Shown in pieces: positions 18,101-26,072 of a stretch of 26,503 nucleotides of DNA; the first letter of the stretch is position 1, and every line of letters begins with the position of its first letter. Origin of the DNA: Chthonomonadales bacterium (GTDB taxonomy: Bacteria > Armatimonadota > Chthonomonadetes > Chthonomonadales > Chthonomonadaceae); the NCBI GenBank assembly GCA_038217285.1, contig JBBQPO010000052.1:1-26503 (forward strand), given 5' to 3'. The notes below the pieces were generated by a model, which was not told where the DNA came from, searched no databases, and was given only the letters and a program-made list of their open reading frames with translations. A program made the translations under genes and the position numbers.

Positions 18101-18945
18101 CCCCTTTGCTTGTCGGAGATCGTGTGGTAGGCGTCATGACGCTGCCCATGCCCAGGGCACCCCTGACCCCGAGCAAATGGGTGCTGCTGGGCCTGTTCGT
18201 CCAGTGCGCCGCGTTGACGCTTGACAGCGTGATTCGCGCCGAGGAACGAGCCACGCCGGATCGCCAGACAGCAGCAGCGATGATATGGATCTTTCATCAG
18301 TTTCGGCAGCCACTGTTCGCATGCCGCGGTTGGCTGCGTCTGCTCGGCCCCACCGACCAGGATCCCTCCCAGAATGAAACCATTAGTGCTATCAAAGAGG
18401 CGATCACAAGGATGGAACGCATTTCGGCGGACTATCTGCACTGGATACGAGAGTACGTGCCGATAATTACAGGGGGCGACATCGTCGATGCCATGAAACA
18501 GACATGCAAGCGAGCGGGTGTCTATCGCGAAAATGTGTTGCCAGAGGTGGTTTCCGACATCAATGCCTACTTTGTCTACACGGACCTCACCGAAATTCAA
18601 AGAGCGGTCGATGAGTTGATCTGGAACGCCATCAGGGCTGGTGCGACGAACATCACTGTGCGCCTGAACACGAAGTCGAATTCCAACGAAGTAACTCTGC
18701 TCGTTGAAGACAACGGCCCGGGAATACCGCAGGAAAAAAGGCAGCGTCTCTTCGAACCTGCGCCCAGTAAATCCAGCGGAGGGACGGGATTTGGGCTTGC
18801 TACCGTCAGAAAACACCTCGGCCTCCTGGAAGGATTGATCGATTTCGAAGAACGAAGTGAGGGCGGCGCATGCTTTCGTTTGCGTATTCCCCTCTCGCCG
18901 GCAGAACCCATAGGGCATCGAAAGGAGAACTCTTATGAGCAATAG
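15166..18945 (+). CDS. Cytoplasmic multidomain histidine kinase: degenerate STAND-like ATPase, GAF/PAS/GAF, HisKA, HATPase
   Basis: N-terminal GPRRGSKA (degenerate Walker A) and LLIQD (degenerate Walker B); GAF ~16830-17280 (VVPMITGDVVIGTIHIE); PAS-like (IRIADPTFRLVYLNRAA); GAF ~17710-18225 (EAPLLVGDRVVGVMTL); H-box HQFRQPL (His1044); ELIWNAIRA, VEDNGPGI, LFEP, GGTGFGLA; no TM helix seen. Confidence 0.88.
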   Translation: MQLASYYRQIGDKLIVDLVRGLQAGTHYALLGPRRGSKAWIVEALVLRANTLAAGDRPHVVKLQWQAHHEASHTGFLKYLADSLGLDAPETAPDARLSGQVAALIVDALGMDKRPIWLLIQDVLGFPKSIARELLAALNSLHEQLSDTDEGRRLGAVVTGSADFTPLTTGPNSPYRHAKLILVSGLDYEHARHFFLERRARLLGDPAKAAVSEEVFGCLYEATNGNANLLQELVIAPARHPYYLAPDGSADVYGSRLAAEGMIEHFILNFMRDDQYSIEMVREAERDAESFDLLLRVLEGPGRLTLPGRPHALEVCGLLVKQTKSVVTFSCPMIENFVRRTVTPRHIADVYVSQRRWDKAVPAYEFMASFHASLKDRPVSGHAQYHLRESILVWKDQMMDEAQWGIAPVVRHFLDGMHHLFSFDRGGLYARNGSGWVESATFGCEQMAPPPPQEESESGPGLTKSISGDQLSMMRLIASSGSLPEWPVCSLFLQRDHAGHEIDSAERAILDNSVDRFCHAYKAAEEIEYRRRIGELREQHLKVIERVNEAVLNKQFDLGHVVRCATDALVDVAGYRRVQICLVNARRNRIQSVASCHKPGILDFRDPTNYPLRVPRADVQAWVVANKQIAIIDEAAEWYGKEFDINVSQSVALGMKAFTVVPMITGDVVIGTIHIEREDREPPVQIEQELYLLLAGHIAGVCRQAQRLEMLQNVVEASDDEIRIADPTFRLVYLNRAAHDREPHSPTAGWQDKNVRYDWRRHAWASNGPQRGEALEKARLGETARYFLTSDAPTAPQAQALDISGIVDFRGGLTSPLVADGLIGFVEHIRDMTPLYEIVAEITEWLKVDNLKEAAQTIVETAVRRDYDWCRIYLYHDHPREGRYLESFAESGLQVPENIDAFRSGGIREYPDSDPLPHGWHVILEAKGPTIYEIPRNRAPKRKQIVRAPNLEGAPRFYTTARDCQRKLENDNIRRWIEAPLLVGDRVVGVMTLPMPRAPLTPSKWVLLGLFVQCAALTLDSVIRAEERATPDRQTAAAMIWIFHQFRQPLFACRGWLRLLGPTDQDPSQNETISAIKEAITRMERISADYLHWIREYVPIITGGDIVDAMKQTCKRAGVYRENVLPEVVSDINAYFVYTDLTEIQRAVDELIWNAIRAGATNITVRLNTKSNSNEVTLLVEDNGPGIPQEKRQRLFEPAPSKSSGGTGFGLATVRKHLGLLEGLIDFEERSEGGACFRLRIPLSPAEPIGHRKENSYEQ

Positions 18946-19462
18946 CCTTGGAATCCTGATCGCAGAAGATGAAGAAAACACCATAATCTACCAGACTTAC
19001 AAACGCATGGGCTTCGATGTTGTGGGTCATCAAATGCCATCTGATGCGCTCGATTGTGTCAGGGAACGACGTGGCAGCCTGGATGTCGGTATTATCGACT
19101 TATGGATGAACTGGCCGGGCCAGGGGAAGCTCGATAAGGAGGCCGGACTTGTGCTTCTGAAGAAAATCAAGTCGGAGATCGACCCTGATCTCGGTGTGGT
19201 GGTTCTCACAGGGCACGGCTCGGAGCCGGAAGAAGACTGTCGCAAAGCCGGGGCATCGGCCTTCATTCTCAAGGCGACCACAGAGACATGGGATCTGCTA
19301 GACGTGGCGGTGGCGAAAGCAGCCATCGAATCGCTCCAGAAACGGCTTACGACCCTCTCCGGGCGTCCGGCGAACCTATCGGAGAATGCGTTTCGAGATC
19401 AACTTGAGGAGCGTATGGCTCAGGCGAAAGCCTTCGCGCAAAAGCTGAATATACCGACCTGA
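18935..19462 (+). CDS. Response regulator, receiver domain with short helical C-terminal tail
   Basis: ILIAEDE, GIIDLWM (Asp55), VVVLTGHG, AFILKA; AGGAG RBS; 11-nt overlap with the kinase gene. Confidence 0.9.
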   Translation: MSNSLGILIAEDEENTIIYQTYKRMGFDVVGHQMPSDALDCVRERRGSLDVGIIDLWMNWPGQGKLDKEAGLVLLKKIKSEIDPDLGVVVLTGHGSEPEEDCRKAGASAFILKATTETWDLLDVAVAKAAIESLQKRLTTLSGRPANLSENAFRDQLEERMAQAKAFAQKLNIPT

Positions 19463-19655
19463 ACGTCGCCGCATCCGAAATCCAGGCACGGATCGGATAC
19501 GCGACACAGGAGATCCGCCACCCCGACAGTTTCCGGCGGAGCAAAAAATGAGGAAGGATAACCGTCGGCGTCCATTGAAGCTAGATCGTAACGATATAGC
19601 AAGCCCCGTCGATCACGAAGGCGTGAGTGGCAGGGCAGGGGACGAAAGGTCACTC

Positions 19656-21038
19656 ATGAAATTTGACGAAAAATCGGTCACCTCGCGACGGCAGTTCCTC
19701 AAAACTACCGGAGGCGTGGTCGCCGCATCGGCTCTGACCGGAATCTATCCGTCCGCCGTCCACGCGGCAGGAAGCGACCTGATCCAGGTAGCGCTGGTGG
19801 GATGTGGCGGACGCGGCAGCGGGGCCGCTATGAACGCTCTGGCCACCACCAGTGGTCCCATCAAGCTCGTCGCCATGGCCGACGCCTTCCCCGACCGTCT
19901 CGCGAGCAGCTACGCAGCCCTCAATCAGGCGGCCGGGAAGCAGGTGGAGGTGCCGGAGGATCGCCGCTTTATCGGCTTCGACGCCTACAAGAAGGCGATG
20001 GACCATCTCAAGCCGGGCGACATTGTGATCCTGACGACTCCGCCGGCATTCCGGTGGGTGCATTTCACGTATGCCATCCAAAAGGGACTCAACGTCTTCA
20101 TGGAGAAGCCGGTGACGGTGGACGGCCCGACCAGCAAGCGGATGCTGAAGCTTGCGGACGAGGCCCATGCAAAAAACCTCAAGGTCGGCGTCGGGCTCAT
20201 GTCCCGCCACTCCCGAGCGCTTCAGGAGCTGCATGAACGCATCCGTAACGGGGAGATCGGTGAGATCCTCATGATGCGCGGTTACCGTATGCACGGCCCC
20301 GCCGCCTCTTTCAACTCTCCGCCGAAGCCGCCCGGCATCACCGATGTGGAGTACCAGATACGCCGGTTCCATAGCTTCCTGTGGGCCAGCGGCGGCAGCT
20401 TCAGCGACTTCTACATCCACCTCATCGACCACGTCTGTTGGATGAAGAACGCCTGGCCGATCAAGGCTCAGGCGCTGGGCGGCCGCCACTACCGCCAGGA
20501 TGTCGATGGCACTCCGTTCGTCGATCAGAACTTAGACACCTATGCTGTGGAGTACACCTTCGCGGATGGCAGCAAGTATTTCTTCGACGGGCGCTGTATG
20601 AACGGCGCCGCAGGCATCTATTCGAGTCACGTCCATGGGACCAAGGGCGTGGCCATTGCCTCCGCCGCCAACGACTGCGGAACGCCCTCCGCCATCTATA
20701 AGGGCCAGAATGAAACGCCGGCGAACCTGGTCTGGCAGTCTAAGGACACGAGCAACCCCTATCAGAACGAGTGGGACGAGCTGGTTGATGCCATCCGCAA
20801 CAACAAGCCCTACAACGAGGTCAAACGCGGCGTCGAGGCGAGCGTGGTCACCAGTATGGGCCGTATGGCGGCGCACACCGGCCAGGAGATCAGCTTTGAG
20901 GACATGCTCAACTGCGAGCATGAGTTCGCCCCCGGCCTCGACAAACTGACGATGAACTCTCCGGGTCCGCTGCCCGCCGACGCCAAAAACCGCTATCCCG
21001 TGCCCATGCCCGGAATCACCATCAAACGCGAGTACTGA
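19656..21038 (+). CDS. Tat-exported Gfo/Idh/MocA family oxidoreductase
   Basis: SRRQFLK twin-arginine signal; VALVGCGGRGSG Rossmann motif; VFMEKPV. ATG at 19656 with GAAAGG upstream is preferred over 19548. Confidence 0.92.
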   Translation: MKFDEKSVTSRRQFLKTTGGVVAASALTGIYPSAVHAAGSDLIQVALVGCGGRGSGAAMNALATTSGPIKLVAMADAFPDRLASSYAALNQAAGKQVEVPEDRRFIGFDAYKKAMDHLKPGDIVILTTPPAFRWVHFTYAIQKGLNVFMEKPVTVDGPTSKRMLKLADEAHAKNLKVGVGLMSRHSRALQELHERIRNGEIGEILMMRGYRMHGPAASFNSPPKPPGITDVEYQIRRFHSFLWASGGSFSDFYIHLIDHVCWMKNAWPIKAQALGGRHYRQDVDGTPFVDQNLDTYAVEYTFADGSKYFFDGRCMNGAAGIYSSHVHGTKGVAIASAANDCGTPSAIYKGQNETPANLVWQSKDTSNPYQNEWDELVDAIRNNKPYNEVKRGVEASVVTSMGRMAAHTGQEISFEDMLNCEHEFAPGLDKLTMNSPGPLPADAKNRYPVPMPGITIKREY

Positions 21039-21067
21039 TTCCCGAACGAGCGCCTGTTGAGGGAGTG

Positions 21068-21103
21068 AAGAGGCTCCGCGTCTTTTTGGCACGGAGCCTT
21101 TTT
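21068..21103. terminator. Intrinsic terminator between convergent genes, possibly bidirectional
   Basis: AAG-AGGCTCCG...CGGAGCCT-TTTT. Confidence 0.75.
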
Positions 21104-21131
21104 GCATCTCGAAACGGCTCGTTCGTTCTGG

Positions 21132-22958
21132 CTATGCCGACTGTATGCCCGCTTCTTCCTGAGTCTCTTGGAACTGCGCGGCATACAGGCGGGTATACGC
21201 GCCGTTTTGAGCCAGCAGTTGCGCGTGTGTGCCGCGCTCTACGATCTGCCCGTGTTCCATGACCAGGATCAGGTCGGCGGCGAGGATCGTGGAGAGGCGG
21301 TGCGCGATGGCGAACGTCGTCCGCCCTGCCATGAGCGGCTCCAGAGCCGCTTGAATCAGCCGTTCCGACTGTGTATCCAGCGCGGAGGTCGCCTCGTCGA
21401 GAATCAGAATGCGCGGGTTTTTCAGGATGGCGCGGGCGATGGCTATGCGCTGCTTTTCCCCACCCGACAGTTTGTATCCGCGCTCCCCTACGACGGTATT
21501 GTAGCCGTCGGGCAGGCTGGCGATATGATCGTGGATGGCAGCGGCGCGGGCTGCGGCGATAAGCTCCTCATCGGTGGCATCCGGACGGCCATAGCGCAGG
21601 TTGGCCGCAATGGTGTCGTGAATCAGATAGGTCTCCTGCGTCACCATACCGACGATGCGGCTGAGGGAGGCCAGTTCGATGCTCCGCACGTCCTGGCCAT
21701 CGATCTGAAGGCTGCCCGAATTCACGTCGTAGAGGCGCGGGATCAGATACGTCAGCGTCGTTTTGCCCGCTCCAGAGGTTCCGACGAGCGCCACCAGTTC
21801 GCCAGGACGCGCCGTAAAGGAGATGTTCTGGAGCGTAGGCGCCGCCTGCTCCGGCTCATAGCGAAAGCCGACGTTTTCGAACTTGACCTCGCCCCGCACG
21901 TCCTGTGCCTCGATCTTTCTGGCATCCGGCGCATCCTGGATCTCCTGAGGCAGATCGAGATACTCGAAGATACGGTCGAATAGGGCCAGCGCGCTCGTCA
22001 CCTCCACCTGCACGTTGAGCAGGCCGGTGAGCGGGAAGAACAGACGGGACTGCAGCGCAGTAAAAGCCACGATCGTTCCCAGATTCAGATGGCTGTCGTG
22101 CTGGCTGACGATCAGATACCCGGCCAGCCAGTAGACCAGGACAGGGGTGATCGAGAACGTCAGACCGATGAGGTTGAAGAAGTAGCGCATGATCATGGCC
22201 TGTTTGATCTGCAGCTCCGTGAGCGCCTGATTCTCCTTTTCGAACGTCTGCAGCGCCAGATTTTGCCGTGCGCTGATCTTCGTCAGCAGCATGCCCGAGA
22301 CGCTCAGCGTCTCCTGCATCGTGGCGTTCAGTTCCGCGAGTTGCGACTGCGTTTTGCCCCGAACCCCCCGCGACAGGTCCCCGACTTTGGCTGCGACGAC
22401 CGCGAACAGGGGCAGAATGCCGACTGAAAGCAGCGTCAGCCGCCAGTCCATCGTGAACATGGCGATCAACGTGGATAAAACGATGGCGAGGTTGGAGAGC
22501 ACATTCGCGGCGGTATCGCTGACGACGGACTGAATGCCGCCCACATCGTTGGCGAGCCGTGACTGAATTTCGCCCGTCCGCGTTCCGGTAAAGAAGCGCA
22601 GCGACATTCCCTGCAGATGGTCGTAGAGCTGGTTGCGCAGGTCGCGCATGATGCGCTGGCCGACCAGGATGCTCAGATAGCCGTAGCCGAGGGCAAGCGC
22701 CGTTCCCAGAATGGTGACGACGAGTGTATACGCGGTGTAACGCGTGACGACATCGAGACGCTGCGCGAGCAGTCCCTCGTTGATAGTGATTTTGAGGAAG
22801 AAAGGTGACAGCAGGCCAAAAGCGGCGGAGACCAGGACCGCCCCAACCGTCAGCGCCACCTGCGGCTTATACGGGAGGAAGGAACGCGCTACGCGCCCCA
22901 GCGTCTCCTTCTTTATCGGTCTTTTGGGCCCTGGAATAGGCCCGCGCATCGCCATCAT
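21132..22958 (-). CDS. ABC exporter, fused permease and ATP-binding domain (MsbA/MdlB-like)
   Basis: N-terminal TM domain; Walker A GTSGAGKT; signature LSGGEKQR; Walker B ILILDEATSALD; IAHRLST. Confidence 0.95.
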   Translation of the reverse strand: MMAMRGPIPGPKRPIKKETLGRVARSFLPYKPQVALTVGAVLVSAAFGLLSPFFLKITINEGLLAQRLDVVTRYTAYTLVVTILGTALALGYGYLSILVGQRIMRDLRNQLYDHLQGMSLRFFTGTRTGEIQSRLANDVGGIQSVVSDTAANVLSNLAIVLSTLIAMFTMDWRLTLLSVGILPLFAVVAAKVGDLSRGVRGKTQSQLAELNATMQETLSVSGMLLTKISARQNLALQTFEKENQALTELQIKQAMIMRYFFNLIGLTFSITPVLVYWLAGYLIVSQHDSHLNLGTIVAFTALQSRLFFPLTGLLNVQVEVTSALALFDRIFEYLDLPQEIQDAPDARKIEAQDVRGEVKFENVGFRYEPEQAAPTLQNISFTARPGELVALVGTSGAGKTTLTYLIPRLYDVNSGSLQIDGQDVRSIELASLSRIVGMVTQETYLIHDTIAANLRYGRPDATDEELIAAARAAAIHDHIASLPDGYNTVVGERGYKLSGGEKQRIAIARAILKNPRILILDEATSALDTQSERLIQAALEPLMAGRTTFAIAHRLSTILAADLILVMEHGQIVERGTHAQLLAQNGAYTRLYAAQFQETQEEAGIQSA

Positions 22959-23208
22959 AATTTGTGCTTCCTTCGTTGAATACCGGATCAGCCCCGTCTC
23001 TTCCTTCGGGGATACCCACGAAGTTTACCCTGTTCTCGGTCGTGCGGAAACATTCCGACTTTTGCGTGGTCATAGATCCAGGCGGCTTCTCGCGCTGTGA
23101 TCCCGCCTGTTTGTCCATAGCTTTCAGTTCCGACCGGTGACGTCAGGAGGTTCAGACGCCGCTCGTAGAGAAATAAAAGCGTACAATAGACCAGGGAGCG
23201 AGACAGGC

Positions 23209-26064
23209 ATGGGGTCGTACAGAAACCTTTTCCGGATGGCGGGGATATGGGGGCTGGTGTTCGGGGTCCTGACGGTGGGAGCCGCACAATCGCCCGAGAA
23301 TAAGACAACGGCTGCCACTCCGGAGGCGCTGGCATTCTTTGAGACGAAGATTCGCCCGGTGCTGGCGGAGAAGTGTCTCTCCTGTCATGGGGAGAAGAGT
23401 CAGTCCGCAGGCCTGCGCCTGGATTCCCGCATCGCCTTGCTGAAAGGCGGCGACCGAGGCGCGGTCATCGACCTGACCAGTCCGGAAAAGAGCCGACTGT
23501 TGGAGGCCCTTCTCTACACAGGCTCCGTGAAGATGCCGCCGTCCGGCAAGCTGCCCGCGCAGGTCGTGGCAGACTTTACCGCCTGGATGAAGATGGGGGC
23601 TCCGTGGCCTGCGGGCGCAGGCACGGCGCCGCACACAAAGAGCATGGCGGAGCGCGTGGCCGAAGCTCGCAGCCACCTCTGGTCGCTCCAGACTGTGCGC
23701 AAACCCACGTTGCCGAAGGTCAAAAACGTCGCCTGGGTGCGCTCCCCGATAGACCGACTGGTGCTCGCGAAACTCGAAGCGAAAGGGCTGTCGCCTGCCC
23801 CACCCGCCTCCCGCCTCACCCTCCTCCGCCGCGCCACCTACGATCTCATCGGGCTGTCACCGACGCCGGCGGAGATCGACGCTTTCGTCTCCGATAAGTC
23901 TCCCAACGCTTTTGAGAAGGTCGCCGATCGGCTGCTGGCCTCCCCTCTCTATGGCGAGCGCTGGGGCAGGCACTGGCTCGATGTCGCCCGCTATTCGGAT
24001 ACCCTGGGCTACCTCGTCGGCAACGTCGGCGACCCCGGCCGGATCTACCCCTACGCCTACACGTATCGGGACTATGTCGTCCGGGCCTTCAATGCGGACA
24101 AGCCCTACAACCAGTTCATCCGGGAGCAGTTGGCCGCCGACCTGATCCCTCTGCAGGACCCGCGCGATCAGGCGGCACTAGGATTCCTCACCGTTGGCAA
24201 CCGCTATCTGGGCAACGGCCAGGAGATCATCGACGATCGTATCGACGTGGTGACCCGCGGCCTGCAGGCCATGACTGTGGGCTGCGCCCGCTGCCATGAT
24301 CACAAGTTCGACCCCATCCCTGCCGCCGACTACTATTCGCTCTACGGCGTCTTCAACAGCATTCATGAGCCCCCGGAGCTGCCCCAGATCGGAGAGCCTG
24401 CCGACCATAAAGCGTATGAGACGTTTCTGGCGAAATTCGACCCCCTGGCGCAGAAACGGGCCCAACTTCTGAAAGACAAAAAGACGGAAGAGGCCAATAA
24501 GATAGGCGAGCAGATCACTCTGCTCGTTCTGAACGACCCTGGGGCGCCACCGCGCGCGATGGTCGTCCAGGACAACCCCACCCCGGACGAGCCGCATATC
24601 CTTCTGCGCGGCAACCCCGGCACGCCCGGCGCTCCTGTGAAGCGGCAGTACCTGCAGGCGGTTCTGGGCGACGCTCGCCAACCCTTTACCAGAGGCAGCG
24701 GTCGACTGGAACTGGCGGATGCCATCGCCTCCCCCGACAACCCGCTCACGGCGCGCGTCTTCGTGAACCGGGTCTGGATGCACCATTTCGGCAAGCCGCT
24801 GGTCAATACGCCCAGTGACTTCGGGACGCGTGGAGAGCCGCCGACCCAGCCGCAACTGCTGGACTACCTGGCCGCCTCCTTTATGGAAAACGGATGGTCC
24901 GTCAAGCGCCTGCACCGGCTTATCCTGCTCTCCAGCGTCTATCAGCAATCCTGCGATCCGGCCCCGATGACCGCAAAGCGGGATCCGGAAAACCGTCTGC
25001 TTGGACACATGAACCGGCAGCGCCTGGACTTCGAGCCCCTGCGCGATACGCTCCTGCAGCTCTCCGGAAGCCTGGATACAACGGTCGGAGGCCGCCCGGT
25101 GCAGGCGCTGCTCGGCGTCAATAGACGCCGCACTATCTACGCCTTTGTGGACCGGCAGGACCTGCCCGGCCTGCTCCGGACCTTCGACTTCGCGGACCCA
25201 GGCGCTCATGCGCCCCAGCGCAGTGTGACCACCGTGCCCCAGCAGGCGCTCTTCCTGATGAACAGTCCGTTCGTGCTTCAGCAGGTGCGCAGCCTGCTCA
25301 CACGCCCGGAGGTCGCATCGAAATCCGCTCCGGCCGAACGTGTGCGCGCCCTGTTCCGACAGGTCTATGGGCGCGCTCCGACCGCGCTGGAACTCACCCG
25401 TAGCCTGACCTTCCTGAGCGGTTGGCAGAACCAGCGCACCGAGGCTCCGACGCCGGCAGCAGCCTGGCAGAACGGGTACGGCGAGGTGGACCCGATCACG
25501 CGGCGCGTCAAGAGCTTCACCCGCCTGCCGCACTTCACCGGAACCGCCTGGCAGGGCGGGCCTCAGCTTCCGGACCCGAAACTCGGCTGGGTGACCCTGC
25601 GCGCAGACGGCGGGCATCCCGGCGACAGTCAGCACTCCGCCATACGGCGCTGGACCGCGCCCTACCCGATGACGGTCAACATTCAGGGTCGCCTGAACCA
25701 CCCTTCGCCGGACGGCGACGGCGTGGAGGCGATGATCGTCTCCAGTCGATCCGGCCCGCTCGGAGGCTGGGTCGCGCGCAACTCGGCGGTGGATGTCACG
25801 CTGAAGGGCGTCTCGGTGATTCGCGGGGAGACACTCGATTTCGTCCTCTCCAGTCGTGCGAACGTCAACTCCGACAGTTTTTCCTGGGCGCCCACCCTGG
25901 AAGTCACCGCCGCGCCGACTGCGGTGAACGGTGTGCAGAGGCTCTGGGATGCGGCGGCGGACTTTGCCGGCCCCGTCTCCACGGCCCCACACGAACCGAT
26001 GACCGCCTGGGAGGTCTACACCCAGGCCCTGCTCCTGACCAACGAATTCCTGTTTATCGACTGA
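23209..26064 (+). CDS. Planctomycete cytochrome c and PSD1 (DUF1549/DUF1553) domain protein
   Basis: Signal peptide; FFETKIRPVLAEKCLSCH; YGERWGRHWLDVARYSDT; GCARCHDHKFDPI; NPLTARVFVNRVWMHHFG; TTVPQQALFLMNS; LLLTNEFLFID. ATG at 23209 with GGGAG upstream is preferred over GTG at 23137. Confidence 0.92.
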   Translation: MGSYRNLFRMAGIWGLVFGVLTVGAAQSPENKTTAATPEALAFFETKIRPVLAEKCLSCHGEKSQSAGLRLDSRIALLKGGDRGAVIDLTSPEKSRLLEALLYTGSVKMPPSGKLPAQVVADFTAWMKMGAPWPAGAGTAPHTKSMAERVAEARSHLWSLQTVRKPTLPKVKNVAWVRSPIDRLVLAKLEAKGLSPAPPASRLTLLRRATYDLIGLSPTPAEIDAFVSDKSPNAFEKVADRLLASPLYGERWGRHWLDVARYSDTLGYLVGNVGDPGRIYPYAYTYRDYVVRAFNADKPYNQFIREQLAADLIPLQDPRDQAALGFLTVGNRYLGNGQEIIDDRIDVVTRGLQAMTVGCARCHDHKFDPIPAADYYSLYGVFNSIHEPPELPQIGEPADHKAYETFLAKFDPLAQKRAQLLKDKKTEEANKIGEQITLLVLNDPGAPPRAMVVQDNPTPDEPHILLRGNPGTPGAPVKRQYLQAVLGDARQPFTRGSGRLELADAIASPDNPLTARVFVNRVWMHHFGKPLVNTPSDFGTRGEPPTQPQLLDYLAASFMENGWSVKRLHRLILLSSVYQQSCDPAPMTAKRDPENRLLGHMNRQRLDFEPLRDTLLQLSGSLDTTVGGRPVQALLGVNRRRTIYAFVDRQDLPGLLRTFDFADPGAHAPQRSVTTVPQQALFLMNSPFVLQQVRSLLTRPEVASKSAPAERVRALFRQVYGRAPTALELTRSLTFLSGWQNQRTEAPTPAAAWQNGYGEVDPITRRVKSFTRLPHFTGTAWQGGPQLPDPKLGWVTLRADGGHPGDSQHSAIRRWTAPYPMTVNIQGRLNHPSPDGDGVEAMIVSSRSGPLGGWVARNSAVDVTLKGVSVIRGETLDFVLSSRANVNSDSFSWAPTLEVTAAPTAVNGVQRLWDAAADFAGPVSTAPHEPMTAWEVYTQALLLTNEFLFID

Positions 26065-26072
26065 GGCAAACC

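Noticed and set aside
15703-18984. 590-aa and 380-aa minus-strand ORFs inside the large kinase
   Set aside because: Antisense to a motif-rich CDS; no recognisable domains.
19514-19548. TCCGCC...GGCGGA stem followed by an A-run after the receiver gene
   Set aside because: Short stem, 15-nt loop and no U-tract after the stem on the coding strand; not supportable as a terminator.
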